Assembly: GCA_049802875.1 (NCBI GenBank)
Contig: JBARNH010000048.1
Coordinates: 64,551-128,550, forward strand
Origin: Thermoplasmata archaeon
GTDB taxonomy: Archaea; Thermoplasmatota; Thermoplasmata; Lutacidiplasmatales; UBA184
DNA: 64,000 nucleotides
Direction of reading: 5' to 3'
Within the stretch, counting starts at the first letter, position 1. Every line of letters begins with the position of its first letter. The translations under genes and the position numbers were made by a program. Positions 47,548 through 56,901 of this stretch are shown piece after piece. The notes under the pieces were generated by a model that saw only the letters and a program-made list of their open reading frames with translations, ran no database searches and had not been told where the DNA came from.

Positions 47548-48300
47548 ATGGGAAGTGTAGGAGCGAAGGAGGTCCCCGTGCTGCTGAGCCCCGAGGGGCT
47601 TCGGATCGACGGGCGACGGGCGGACGAGCTCCGGCCGCTCAAGATCACGGCGGGCGCGCTGAAGCATGCGGACGGCTCGGCGTTCGTCGAATGGGGCGCG
47701 AACAAGGTGATGGCGGCGGTCTACGGACCCCGCGAGGTCCATCCCCGCCACCTTCAGCAGAACACCAAGGCCGTCATTCAATGCAAGTACAACATGGCGG
47801 CGTTCTCGGTCGACGAGCGCAAGCGACCGGGACTCGACCGCCGCTCGCAGGAGATCTCCAAGGTGATCGCCGAGGCGTTCGAGTCGGTCGTCTTCGCCGA
47901 GGAGTTTCCCCGGACCAGCATCGACGTCTACATCGAGGTCCTGCAGGCCAACGCCGGCACCCGTTGCGCCGGGCTCGTCGCGGCCTCGGTCGCCTTGGCC
48001 GACGCCGGCATCCCGATGGCGGACCTCTTGCCGGCGGTCGCGGTCGGTAAGGCCGGCGGTGCGATCATCCTCGACCTCAAGAAGGAGGAAGACAACTTCG
48101 GCGAGGCGGACCTTCCGATGGCGCTCGTCCCCCAGTCCGGCCGGCTCGTACTCTTGCAGATGGAGGGCCACATGACGCGCGAGGAGCTCGCGACCGCGCT
48201 CGACATGGGCGTCGCGGGGTGCCGGTCGATCTACGAGGTCATGAAACAGGCGCTGCGCGATCGGTACGCGGTCACGCCGGGCCAGGAGGGTTCGGCATGA
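47548..48300 (+). CDS. rrp41: Exosome catalytic subunit Rrp41 (RNase PH-like)
   Basis: RNase PH fold with …[10 protein letters not shown]… and the phosphorolytic site region. Confidence 0.95.
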   Translation: MGSVGAKEVPVLLSPEGLRIDGRRADELRPLKITAGALKHADGSAFVEWGANKVMAAVYGPREVHPRHLQQNTKAVIQCKYNMAAFSVDERKRPGLDRRSQEISKVIAEAFESVVFAEEFPRTSIDVYIEVLQANAGTRCAGLVAASVALADAGIPMADLLPAVAVGKAGGAIILDLKKEEDNFGEADLPMALVPQSGRLVLLQMEGHMTREELATALDMGVAGCRSIYEVMKQALRDRYAVTPGQEGSA

Positions 48301-49085
48301 GCGAAGAGGTCACCGCCGAGATACTGACCACCCACCTTCTTGACCTGGCCGGGCACGGTAAGCGGCTCGACGGGCGCGGGGCCGACGAGTACCGGAAGAT
48401 CTCGGTCGAACCCGGGTTCGTCTCGACCGCCGACGGATCGGCGCTCGTTCGGATCGGCGACACCGCGGTCCTCTCCGGTATCAAACTCGAACCGGGGAAG
48501 CCGTTCCCCGACACGCCGAACGCCGGCGTCCTCACGACCAACGCCGAGCTGATTCCCCTCTCCAGTCCCGTCTTCGAGCCCGGGCCCCCCCAGCCGGGGG
48601 CGATCGAGGTGTCGCGGGTCGTCGACCGGGCGATCCGAGCCGCGGAGACGATCGACCTGACGCGACTGTGTGTGACTCCGGGCGAGAAGACCTGGGTCTG
48701 CTATGTGGACATCCACGTACTCGACCACGGCGGGAACCTCATCGACGCCGCCCTCCTCGCGGCCCTGGGGGCGCTGACCCACGCGACGGTCCCGGCCAAG
48801 CGGTTCGGGATCGCCGAGGCAGACTACCCGCTCGAGGTCCTCCACCTGCCCGTGGAGTGTACCTTCGTGCGGCTCGGAGAGACGATCCTGGTCGACCCGA
48901 CATTCGATGAGGAGCGCGCCGCCCAAGGCCGCCTCACGATCGCGACGGACGAAACCGGCCGGATCGTTGCAATGCAGAAAGGACTCGTCGGGGCGTTCTC
49001 TCCCGACGACATCAAAGCGATGGTCGAACGCGCGTTCCGGCACGGCGACCGGATGCGGGCGATCGCGAAGGGAGCCGGCGCATGA
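48297..49085 (+). CDS. rrp42: Exosome subunit Rrp42 (RNase PH-like, non-catalytic)
   Basis: Second RNase PH-like protein. ATG overlaps the rrp41 stop (ATGA); the longer ORF 48219.. is discounted. Confidence 0.9.
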   Translation: MSEEVTAEILTTHLLDLAGHGKRLDGRGADEYRKISVEPGFVSTADGSALVRIGDTAVLSGIKLEPGKPFPDTPNAGVLTTNAELIPLSSPVFEPGPPQPGAIEVSRVVDRAIRAAETIDLTRLCVTPGEKTWVCYVDIHVLDHGGNLIDAALLAALGALTHATVPAKRFGIAEADYPLEVLHLPVECTFVRLGETILVDPTFDEERAAQGRLTIATDETGRIVAMQKGLVGAFSPDDIKAMVERAFRHGDRMRAIAKGAGA

Positions 49086-49351
49086 GCAAGCGCACCAAGA
49101 AGGTCGGTTCGACCGCGTGGATGGGTCCGCGCTACGGGATCCGGATCCGGCGGCGAGTGCTCGAGATCGACCGGGCACGTTCCAAGGCCTCCGCCTGCCC
49201 CCGGTGCTCGACGGTGACCCTCCACCGGGTCGCGAGCGGCATCTTCGAATGCCGCCGATGCGGAACCCGGTTCGCCTCGAACGCGTACGTCTTCCAGGCG
49301 CCCCCACCGATCACGAGGACCGCGAGGGAGCCGGTGGTCGGCAACGCTTAA
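49082..49351 (+). CDS. rpl37ae: 50S ribosomal protein L37Ae
   Basis: …ACPRCS…CRRCG… C4 zinc ribbon with a basic N-terminus. ATG overlaps the rrp42 stop. Confidence 0.9.
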   Translation: MSKRTKKVGSTAWMGPRYGIRIRRRVLEIDRARSKASACPRCSTVTLHRVASGIFECRRCGTRFASNAYVFQAPPPITRTAREPVVGNA

Positions 49352-49378
49352 AGCGCTCGGGCCGCTCGTACGACGTCG

Positions 49379-49513
49379 ATGTTCCGCTGTATTCGGTGCG
49401 GGGAAGCCCTCCCCTCGGACGCGAACCTTTTCGGCGTGCGGTGCGACAACTGCGGCGGGAAGATCTTCACCAAGGAACACCCGAACGTCAAGAAGGTCCT
49501 GAAGGCGCGCTGA
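49379..49513 (+). CDS. rpoP: DNA-directed RNA polymerase subunit P (RpoP/Rpb12 homolog), 44 aa; absent from the supplied ORF track
   Basis: MFRCIRCGEALPSDANLFGVRCDNCGGKIFTKEHPNVKKVLKAR has CxxC…CxxC zinc-ribbon spacing and sits in the canonical position after L37Ae. Confidence 0.8.
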   Translation: MFRCIRCGEALPSDANLFGVRCDNCGGKIFTKEHPNVKKVLKAR

Positions 49514-49916
49514 CCTCGCCGGCCTCCCCGGGCACGACCGGGCTCTGGACCTCGATCCAGATCCCGTCGGGGTCCTCCACGAACCCGATCCAGTATCGCC
49601 CTCCTTCGATCCACGGCTCGACCGCGACCTTCGCACCCATCCCGCGCAGTCGTTCGACGGTCGCCCGGGCGTCCGCGACGTCGAGGCCGATGTGGTCCAA
49701 GCCCTCCCCCACGACGTACGGCGTGGCGTAGACGGAGTCGGGCGGGTAGTGGTTGAGCTCGAGCTGGAAATGCGACTCGGGGTCCTCGAGCCCGACGAAG
49801 GTCCCCCCGTGGCTCATCTGTCCCCGGCCGCGCTCACCGAGCCCGAGGCCCTCGCAGTAGAACCGGAGGGATCTCGAAAGGTCGGTCACGCGGATCCCGA
49901 GGTACGTGATGCTCAC
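49488..49916 (-). CDS. VOC-family glyoxalase-like protein
   Basis: …YLGIRVTDLSRSLRFYCEGLGL…DHIGLDVAD… is the glyoxalase I fold. Confidence 0.8.
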   Translation of the reverse strand: MSITYLGIRVTDLSRSLRFYCEGLGLGERGRGQMSHGGTFVGLEDPESHFQLELNHYPPDSVYATPYVVGEGLDHIGLDVADARATVERLRGMGAKVAVEPWIEGGRYWIGFVEDPDGIWIEVQSPVVPGEAGEVSAPSGPS

Positions 49917-49927
49917 CGTCGTTCCCC

Positions 49928-51346
49928 ATGTCCCGAGCGGCCGCCGCCCATATTCCCTTCCGCTCGAAACACCTAAGCCCGGGCGGACCGTGCCCGCGCG
50001 TGGCCCGGCCCACCGTAACGTTCCTGGGAGGGGTCCGAGAGATCGGCGGGAACAAGATCCTCATCGAGGACGGCCCGGACCGGATACTGTTCGATTTCGG
50101 CCAATCGTTCTCTCCCCGGATGGAGGAGTTCTACGTGGACTACCTTCAACCGAGGTCGGCGAGCCCCGTCAAGGACCTCCTCGAGTTCGACCTCCTGCCG
50201 AGGGTCGATGGGCTGTATTCTCGCGAGGCGCTCGCGGACGCCGACCTCCCCTACCGGGCCCCGGAGGTCCACGGGATCTTCGTCAGCCACGCCCACGCGG
50301 ACCATGCGAGTTACCTGAAGCTGATCGACCCCGAGATCCCCGTCTACGTCGGGGCCGGCACCCGACGGCTCTTGGAAACGATCGAGACGTCCACTCCGTC
50401 CGTGAAGTACGGGGACCACGACTGGAGGGTATTCGCCGACCGATCCACGGTCCGAATCGGCCGGCTCGAGGTCGTGCCGTTTCCCGTGGATCACTCGATT
50501 CCGTTCGCCTACGGGTTCGTGATCCGCAGCTCGGAGGGGACCGTGGTCTACACGGGGGACTTCCGCCAGCACGGTCCCAGGGCGTCCGACACGCACGCCT
50601 TCCTCACGGCGGCGTCGGCGGAGTCGCCCGCGGCACTGCTCATCGAGGGGACGCGGGCGGGACCGGACCACCGGAGGAACCTCAGCGAGGCCGGGGTCCG
50701 CGATGCCCTCGACCGAGTCCTCGAGAAGAGCTCGTCGCTCGCGCTCGCCTGTACCTACCCACGGGACATCGACCGGCTGCGGACCCTCCACACGGCCGCC
50801 CTCGAGGCCGACCGGGAGCTGGTCGTCTCGACCCGGACGGCGTACCTCCTCTCGGAGATCGCCCCGCTCTTCCCGACCGGCTCCATTCCGGTCGCGGGGA
50901 CGACGCCCGGCGTCTCGGTGTACGCTCGAAAGAAGAAGCGATACTTCAAGTGGGAACAGGAGCAGCTCGAGGGGGCGGTGAGCGCCGACGAGGTGCGCAC
51001 TCGCGGGCGGCGATACCTCCTGGCCCTCGACCTCCTGCACTTCCCCGAGCTGATCGAGCTCCGTCCCCCCCGGGGTAGCCCGTTCGTCCACTCGATGAGC
51101 GAGCCGTTCAGCGAGGACGATGTCAATGACCGCGTGCTGCACAATTGGCTCGACCACTTCGGCCTGGCGTTCCACCAAATGCACGCGAGCGGCCACGCTT
51201 CGGGGCCGGAACTCCGCGAGATCGTCCGCTCCGTCGCCGCCCGGGCCGTCTATCCGATCCACACCGAGCACCCGGAAGCGTTCGAGGGACCGGGGGTCCC
51301 CGTTCGCCTCCCCGAGCTGGGGAAGGCGTACCCGTTGACCCCGTAA
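49928..51346 (+). CDS. MBL-fold beta-CASP ribonuclease (archaeal RNase J / aCPSF2-like)
   Basis: HxHxDH (VSHAHADH) metallo-beta-lactamase motif, downstream beta-CASP Asp/His motifs and the terminal His (…YPIHTEHP…). Confidence 0.8.
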   Translation: MSRAAAAHIPFRSKHLSPGGPCPRVARPTVTFLGGVREIGGNKILIEDGPDRILFDFGQSFSPRMEEFYVDYLQPRSASPVKDLLEFDLLPRVDGLYSREALADADLPYRAPEVHGIFVSHAHADHASYLKLIDPEIPVYVGAGTRRLLETIETSTPSVKYGDHDWRVFADRSTVRIGRLEVVPFPVDHSIPFAYGFVIRSSEGTVVYTGDFRQHGPRASDTHAFLTAASAESPAALLIEGTRAGPDHRRNLSEAGVRDALDRVLEKSSSLALACTYPRDIDRLRTLHTAALEADRELVVSTRTAYLLSEIAPLFPTGSIPVAGTTPGVSVYARKKKRYFKWEQEQLEGAVSADEVRTRGRRYLLALDLLHFPELIELRPPRGSPFVHSMSEPFSEDDVNDRVLHNWLDHFGLAFHQMHASGHASGPELREIVRSVAARAVYPIHTEHPEAFEGPGVPVRLPELGKAYPLTP

Positions 51347-51395
51347 CGGGAACCCTTCCGAGAGATTAAGCGTCCTCGCCTCTCTCAACCCGGCC

Positions 51396-52085
51396 GTGGG
51401 CGAGGAGCGGCTGTCGACCGGTATCCCGTCGGTCGATCGGCTGCTCGGGGGCGGCTTGGAGCTCGACTGCGTCACCGAGATCTACGGAGAGGGCGGCAGC
51501 GCGAAGACCCTCTTCTGCCTCGACGTCGCGACTCGTGTGGCTCGAGCGGGTCGCTGGGTCTTCTACATCGACACCGAGGGGGTGAGCGTCGACCGCCTTC
51601 GCTCCATCGCGGGGGATGAGCTCGAGAAGCTCCTCAAACGGTTCCTCCTGTCGACCCCTCAGAACCTCGCAGAGCAGGGCCGCGCCGTCGCGACCGCGTG
51701 CGCCCTGACCCGGGAAGGGAAGCGACCGGTCGGACTGATCGTGGTCGATTCCGCGACGTTCTACTATCGGCTGTCGCTCTCGGGCTCGGACGAGGACGAC
51801 GCCCGCCAAGCCCTGAGCCTCGAGCTCGCGGACCTCGTGGTCACGGCGCTCCGAGCCCAAGTTCCGGTCGTGATCACCAACCAGGTTTGGCGGAGTCTCC
51901 GGGAAGGGACGCTGGAGCCCCTGGGGGGTTCCTTCCTCAATCACGCCGCAAAGACGATCTTGCGCTTCGACCGACTTCCCGGCGCCCGACGTCGAGCCGT
52001 GCTGCTCAAACACCGCTCGCTGCCCGAGGGAACCGCCGAGTTCCGAATTACGAGCTCGGGCCTGGAAGGGATCGTCCCCGAGTAG
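51396..52085 (+). CDS. radB: DNA repair and recombination protein RadB
   Basis: Short RecA-family paralog: …GIPSVDRLLGGG…, Walker A GEGGSAKT, ~229 aa, no N-terminal HhH domain. Confidence 0.85.
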   Translation: MGEERLSTGIPSVDRLLGGGLELDCVTEIYGEGGSAKTLFCLDVATRVARAGRWVFYIDTEGVSVDRLRSIAGDELEKLLKRFLLSTPQNLAEQGRAVATACALTREGKRPVGLIVVDSATFYYRLSLSGSDEDDARQALSLELADLVVTALRAQVPVVITNQVWRSLREGTLEPLGGSFLNHAAKTILRFDRLPGARRRAVLLKHRSLPEGTAEFRITSSGLEGIVPE

Positions 52086-52116
52086 TGTTTCACCCCCTCT
52101 CCCACCGGTCACTGCA

Positions 52117-52740
52117 ATGGAAATAAGCCGGGAGCGCCTGCGAACGTCCGTGACGGCAACGCTCGAGGTCGCGGATGTGCCCACGCCGATCGGGACGTTC
52201 CGAATGGCGTACCAAGGCTCGACGGTTCGAGTCATCGACCTCCTGGAGCAAGGACACAAGCAGACCGGCATGCCCCTCGGGGCGGTACGGCGGAAACCAC
52301 CGTTCCCCTCGGGCAGTCCTCCCCGTCAGCTCTACGACTATTTCCGTGGGACTCGCTCGGCGTTCGACGTCGACGTCGACCCCGATACCGCCTCGTCATT
52401 CGACCGTACCGTCTGGAAGATGCTCCTCGACGTCCCCCCGGGACGAACGGTGACCTACGCGGAGCTGGCCCGCCGATCCGGATTCGCGGGTTCGGCGCGG
52501 GCCGTGGGAGGCGCGATGGCCCGGAACCCGATCCCCATCGTGATTCCCTGCCACCGGGTCGTCGGCACCGGCGGATCGATCACGGGGTTCGGCCTCGGAC
52601 TTTGGCGGAAACGCTGGCTCCTCGACCATGAGGGCGCGTGGCCGATCCGGTCGCGCTCGGCCGACGGGCCGCGAGGCCGCGGTCAGCGGACACTCGACAG
52701 TGATCCGGGCAGCGGCCCCAAACGGCCGAGGTCACCATAG
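52117..52740 (+). CDS. ogt: Methylated-DNA-protein-cysteine methyltransferase (Ogt/MGMT)
   Basis: Active-site PCHRVV and the HTH recognition region. Confidence 0.9.
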   Translation: MEISRERLRTSVTATLEVADVPTPIGTFRMAYQGSTVRVIDLLEQGHKQTGMPLGAVRRKPPFPSGSPPRQLYDYFRGTRSAFDVDVDPDTASSFDRTVWKMLLDVPPGRTVTYAELARRSGFAGSARAVGGAMARNPIPIVIPCHRVVGTGGSITGFGLGLWRKRWLLDHEGAWPIRSRSADGPRGRGQRTLDSDPGSGPKRPRSP

Positions 52741-52877
52741 CTACTACATGTGGTAGTAGGTAGTGAGATTCGTACCTACTACGGCTTGTAGTTAGTTCCG
52801 GTCGACCCAAGATACTACCGGCTGTAGTAGCTAATTCTGCGGGAGGTTCGCGGAGTGGACTCCGCCGCTCGAGGGGA
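52741..52877. repeat. Low-GC island of nested inverted repeats built from the heptamer CTACTAC/GTAGTAG
   Basis: ctactacATGTGgtagtag, further CTACTAC/GTAGT(T)AG copies, the central palindrome ccGGTCGACCc, and outer arms gctactaca…tgtagtagc. Confidence 0.45.
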
Positions 52878-55079
52878 CTAACCGGCGTAGTACGACGCGT
52901 CGTAGGGTTCGGGCTTGAGACCGCGCCGCTGCCGGATCTCCGCGACGACCTTCGGCTGGAGTTCGTTCGGGACCGGCTCGAATCCCATCGACTCGGTCGA
53001 CCAGAGCACCTTGCCCGCGGTCGCGCTGCGGATATCGGAAGCGAATCCGAACAGTTCGGCGACCGGGACCTTGGCGACGACCGTCTGGAGATCCCCGACG
53101 CTCGTCATGTCCTGGATCTCTCCGCGGCGGCGCTGCAACTCCCGGGTCGCGCCCGCGAGGACCTCCTGGGGGACGTTGACGGTGACCTTTTGGAACGGTT
53201 CGAGCAACATCCGGTCGCCGAGGACCATCGCTCCGTAGATTCCCGACCTCGCCGCCGGGATCGTCTGCGCCGGACCGCGGTGGATCGAATCTTCGTGGAG
53301 CTTCGCATCCACGAGTCGGACCTTGAGACCGTAGACCTTCTCGTTGGCGAGCGGTCCGCGATTGACCGCCTCCTTGAACGCATCGACGATCAGGTCCATC
53401 GTTTCGTTCAGGTATTGGATCCCCTTCGTGACGTCGAAGAGGATGTTCGTCCCCTCGACGGCGATGATCCCTCGCCCTTCCTCGCGGGGCACCCCGAGCG
53501 TGTCGAGTTTGGCGACGAGGGTCTTCGTGTCCTTGAACGACTTCCCTTGGGGGATCTCTCCGTCCTTGATGGCTTGCACGACGGCGGCGGGCAGCGCTTC
53601 GACCTCGAAGTAGAACTTGTTGTGCTTGTTGGGCGACTTGCCCTCGAAGGGGCCCCCGGGGTGCTTCACCAGCTCCCGGTACACGACGATCGGCTTCGAC
53701 GCCTCGATCTCGACCTTGTAGTCGTTGATGATCCGATACTGCGTGATCTCGAGGTGGAGCTCACCCATTCCCGAGAGGAGATGTTCCCCCGTCTCCGGAT
53801 TGATCTCGACCCGGAGACTGGCGTCCTCCTTTCCGACCTTGCGCATCGTCTCGATGAGCTTCGGCAGGTCCGCCATCCGCTTCGGTTCGATCGCGACCGT
53901 GACGACCGGTTCGGAGACGTGGCGGATCTCTTCGAACGGCACCATCGCGGGGTCCGACGAGGTGGTGGTACCGGCAAAGGCGTCCGTGAGTCCGATCACC
54001 GCGCCGATGTTGCCGGCCGTGACCTCCTCGACCATCAGACGTTCCGGGCCCATGAACAGCGAAACGTGCTGGATCCGGTTCCGGATCTTCGTGCCGACGA
54101 TCTGGAGCTCCATCCCCTTCTGAAGGCGCCCGGAGAAGACCCGGCCCGTGGCGATCTCACCGGCGTTCGGGTCCATCGTGATGTCGGTGACCATGAACGC
54201 GGTCGGTCCCTCGGTGTCCGTGTTCATCATGGCCTGGCCGATCGTCGACCCGATCTCGCCCTTCCAGATATTCGGGATCCGGTACCGCTGGGCAACGTGC
54301 GGGCTCGGGAGGTGCTTCACGACCATGTCGAAGATGACGTCGTTGATCCGCGCCTTCTGCGCGATCTCCTTGGTCCGACCGGTGGTGACGTACTCGATGA
54401 TGTCCGGGAACTTGACCCCGGTCCGCTGCATGTAGGGGACGCTGATCGCCCAATTGTCGTAACCGGAACCGAAGGCGACCGAACCGTCGCGGGGGTCGAC
54501 GGACCACTCGTCAACGAACTCGTCGGGCGCCATCTTGCGGATCAGCTCGTTGACCTCCGAGATGATCCCCGCGAACCGCTTTTGCAGCGCGTCCGAGGTG
54601 AGTTGGAGCTCCTTGATCGCGCGGTCGACCTTGTTGATGAACAAGACCGGCTTGACCTTCTCCCGCAGTGCCTGGCGTAGGACGGTCTCGGTCTGCGCCA
54701 TCACGCCTTCGACGGCGCACACCACGACAACCGCCCCGTCGACCGCCCGCATCGCCCGCGTGACGTCGCCGCCGAAATCCACGTGGCCGGGGGTGTCGAT
54801 GAGATTGATCAGGTAGTTCTCCTTCTCGTACTCGTGCACAATCGTGACGTCGGCGTTGTTGATCGTGAGCAGCCGGGCCTGCTCCTGCTCGTCGAAATTG
54901 AGTAGCAGTTGCTTCCCCGCCAGCTCGTTCGAGATCATGCCGGCGGCGGCGAGCAGGTTGTCGGAGAGCGTCGTCTTCCCGTGATGGATGTGCGCAACGA
55001 TGCCGATATTTCGGATCTTGTCGACGCTCCGCATCATCTCGGGAATGGCCTTCGCCAGTTCCGCCCGAATGTGGGTCAT
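52878..55079 (-). CDS. fusA: Elongation factor 2 (aEF-2)
   Basis: G-domain motifs (…NIGIVAHIHHGKTT…, DTPGHVDF, NKVD), domain IV with the diphthamide His (…HRGPAQ…), 733 aa from MTHIRAEL. The ORF extension up to 55325 is discounted. Confidence 0.95.
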   Translation of the reverse strand: MTHIRAELAKAIPEMMRSVDKIRNIGIVAHIHHGKTTLSDNLLAAAGMISNELAGKQLLLNFDEQEQARLLTINNADVTIVHEYEKENYLINLIDTPGHVDFGGDVTRAMRAVDGAVVVVCAVEGVMAQTETVLRQALREKVKPVLFINKVDRAIKELQLTSDALQKRFAGIISEVNELIRKMAPDEFVDEWSVDPRDGSVAFGSGYDNWAISVPYMQRTGVKFPDIIEYVTTGRTKEIAQKARINDVIFDMVVKHLPSPHVAQRYRIPNIWKGEIGSTIGQAMMNTDTEGPTAFMVTDITMDPNAGEIATGRVFSGRLQKGMELQIVGTKIRNRIQHVSLFMGPERLMVEEVTAGNIGAVIGLTDAFAGTTTSSDPAMVPFEEIRHVSEPVVTVAIEPKRMADLPKLIETMRKVGKEDASLRVEINPETGEHLLSGMGELHLEITQYRIINDYKVEIEASKPIVVYRELVKHPGGPFEGKSPNKHNKFYFEVEALPAAVVQAIKDGEIPQGKSFKDTKTLVAKLDTLGVPREEGRGIIAVEGTNILFDVTKGIQYLNETMDLIVDAFKEAVNRGPLANEKVYGLKVRLVDAKLHEDSIHRGPAQTIPAARSGIYGAMVLGDRMLLEPFQKVTVNVPQEVLAGATRELQRRRGEIQDMTSVGDLQTVVAKVPVAELFGFASDIRSATAGKVLWSTESMGFEPVPNELQPKVVAEIRQRRGLKPEPYDASYYAG

Positions 55080-55101
55080 GTTCGAGGGATCCTCCGACGT
55101 C

Positions 55102-55764
55102 TCAGCGCGCCGACTGGGCGACGCGCTCGACCTCTTCCTTCCGGCCGACGGCGTAACTCGTGAGGTTTCCCTTCGCCGCGAGGCTGATCTCGTCAGCGAG
55201 GCAGCTGTAGATCGGTTTCGTGGATTTCCGGGAGGCCGTGATGGCGCCCTGGGCGATGTTCCGGATCGCCACATTGAGTCGGCGCGCGGGAGACGCGTCC
55301 ACGGCGCGCGGCACGCTGATCCCACCGAACTGGAGACGGGTGACCTCCTCCCGAGGGGACGCGTTCTCGACGGCGTCCACCAGGAGCTGGAGCGGGTTCT
55401 TGCCTTCCTTCTTCGCGAGCTCTTCGAACGACTTCCGCACGGTCGCGAGCGCCTTCGACTTCTTGCCCGTGAACTTCTCGCCCTTCATCAGGTGGTTGGC
55501 GAGCCGCTCGACCAAATGCATCCGCGTCTTGAGGAACGGTTTCCCCGAGAGGCGCCCCTCGCTGTGGGGCGAGTAGACCGGGTGGAGGTAGAGGTACGGC
55601 AGGAGGCCCACGTCGTGCACCTCGAGCCCCTCGTACGGGTACTTTCCGAACAGGGGAGGGACCGGGAACGGAGAGGGGGCCGCGGGCTGCGGGCGCTGGA
55701 CGATCGGTCCGGCATCCTCGGTCGTCGGTTCCGGTGGCAGGATCGGCTCGGGGGACCCGCTCAT
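55102..55764 (-). CDS. rps7: 30S ribosomal protein S7 (uS7) with Pro-rich N-terminal extension
   Basis: …[14 protein letters not shown]… then the S7 core (…[14 protein letters not shown]…). Confidence 0.9.
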   Translation of the reverse strand: MSGSPEPILPPEPTTEDAGPIVQRPQPAAPSPFPVPPLFGKYPYEGLEVHDVGLLPYLYLHPVYSPHSEGRLSGKPFLKTRMHLVERLANHLMKGEKFTGKKSKALATVRKSFEELAKKEGKNPLQLLVDAVENASPREEVTRLQFGGISVPRAVDASPARRLNVAIRNIAQGAITASRKSTKPIYSCLADEISLAAKGNLTSYAVGRKEEVERVAQSAR

Positions 55765-56195
55765 CGCGCCGGCTTCTCCTTGCGCCCCCGGACGAGCTCG
55801 TCCAAGGACACTCCGTTGACCTGGATCACCTTGTAACGTACGCCGGGGATGTCACCGTACGACCGCCCCATCCGACCTCCGATACCTTCGACGAGGACCT
55901 CGTCGTGCTCGTCGATGAAGTTGATGGCTCCGTCACCCACCGCGAACGCCGTGACCTGTCGGCCGTTCTTGATCAACTGGACCTTGATGCACTTGCGGAT
56001 CGCGGAGTTCGGCTGCTTCGCCTCGACTCCGACCTTCTCGAGCACGATCCCCCGGGCCTGGGGCGCGCCTTCGAGCGGGTCGGACCGCTCCTTCAGATGC
56101 AACGTCCGCCGCTTGTAGTAGCGGTCGGACCAGCGTCGCCGCTGGCGGAGTGAGGCGAGACGGCCTGCAGTGTTGATACCGGACGGGGGAGGCAT
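55761..56195 (-). CDS. rps12: 30S ribosomal protein S12 (uS12)
   Basis: …[29 protein letters not shown]… is the S12 signature. The stop overlaps the rps7 start. Confidence 0.95.
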   Translation of the reverse strand: MPPPSGINTAGRLASLRQRRRWSDRYYKRRTLHLKERSDPLEGAPQARGIVLEKVGVEAKQPNSAIRKCIKVQLIKNGRQVTAFAVGDGAINFIDEHDEVLVEGIGGRMGRSYGDIPGVRYKVIQVNGVSLDELVRGRKEKPAR

Positions 56196-56225
56196 GGGCG
56201 CCGAAGAGGCCGAGCCACTGGGTCG

Positions 56226-56238
56226 GCCTATTTAAGGT
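56226..56238. promoter_or_regulatory. Palindromic TATA-like element (cctaTTTAAggtc) between divergent rps12 and udg
   Basis: The only AT-rich element in the 52-nt intergenic region, ~35 nt upstream of the rps12 start codon on the minus strand. Confidence 0.35.
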
Positions 56239-56247
56239 CGGTCCCGA

Positions 56248-56901
56248 GTGCGTCTCGAGGAGAGGACGAAGACGGGCCGGGAGGGGAGAATGCGAGTGTT
56301 TACGTCGAGTGCGGAGGCTGGGTACGCGAGCCCGATCGCCGACGCGTGGCGAAAGCTCTCCGACGAGATTCGGAGTTGCCAGAAGTGCCGACTTCATGAG
56401 ACCCGGACCCAGGCCGTGGTCTACCGGGGGAGCCTCGCCCCCAAGATCCTGTTCGTCGGCGAGGCGCCAGGGGTCGCGGAAGATCGCGAAGGGATCCCGT
56501 TCGTCGGTCGCTCGGGACAGCGGTTGGACGCGGCCGTCGCGCGGATAGGTTTGAGCGCGGAAGAGTACGGAGTCCTCAATCTGTTGAAGTGTCGACCGCC
56601 GGAGAACCACTTCGACCGCGCGGCGGCTCGCACCTGTCGACCGTACCTTGACCGTCAGGTCCGGCTGCTCTCGCCCCGGGTGCTGGTTACGCTGGGTTCT
56701 CCGGCGCTCCATGCCTTCCTACCTGACGCCCCTCCAATTCTCCGGTCGGCCGGCCGACCCCGTTCGACCTCCTCCCGTCCGCTTTTTCCTCTGATCCATC
56801 CGGCCGCCGCGATGCGTTCTCGTCGAATGGCCGAGCGGTGGGCCCACGATGTCGACGCACTCGGCCGCTGGCTCGCCCGTGGCCCCGCGCAACCCGTTTA
56901 A
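56248..56901 (+). CDS. udg: Family-4 uracil-DNA glycosylase (UdgA-type, Fe-S)
   Basis: …CQKCRLHETRTQAVVYRGSLAPKILFVGEAPG…GIPFVGRSGQ…LNLLKCRPPENH… with the family 4 motifs and Cys ligands. Confidence 0.9.
   Translation: MRLEERTKTGREGRMRVFTSSAEAGYASPIADAWRKLSDEIRSCQKCRLHETRTQAVVYRGSLAPKILFVGEAPGVAEDREGIPFVGRSGQRLDAAVARIGLSAEEYGVLNLLKCRPPENHFDRAAARTCRPYLDRQVRLLSPRVLVTLGSPALHAFLPDAPPILRSAGRPRSTSSRPLFPLIHPAAAMRSRRMAERWAHDVDALGRWLARGPAQPV

Noticed and set aside
55080-55325. N-terminal 82-aa extension of the EF-2 ORF
   Set aside because: It is low-complexity and Arg/Ser-rich and overlaps rps7 in another frame. Conserved EF-2 homology starts at MTHIRAEL (ATG ~55077-55079).
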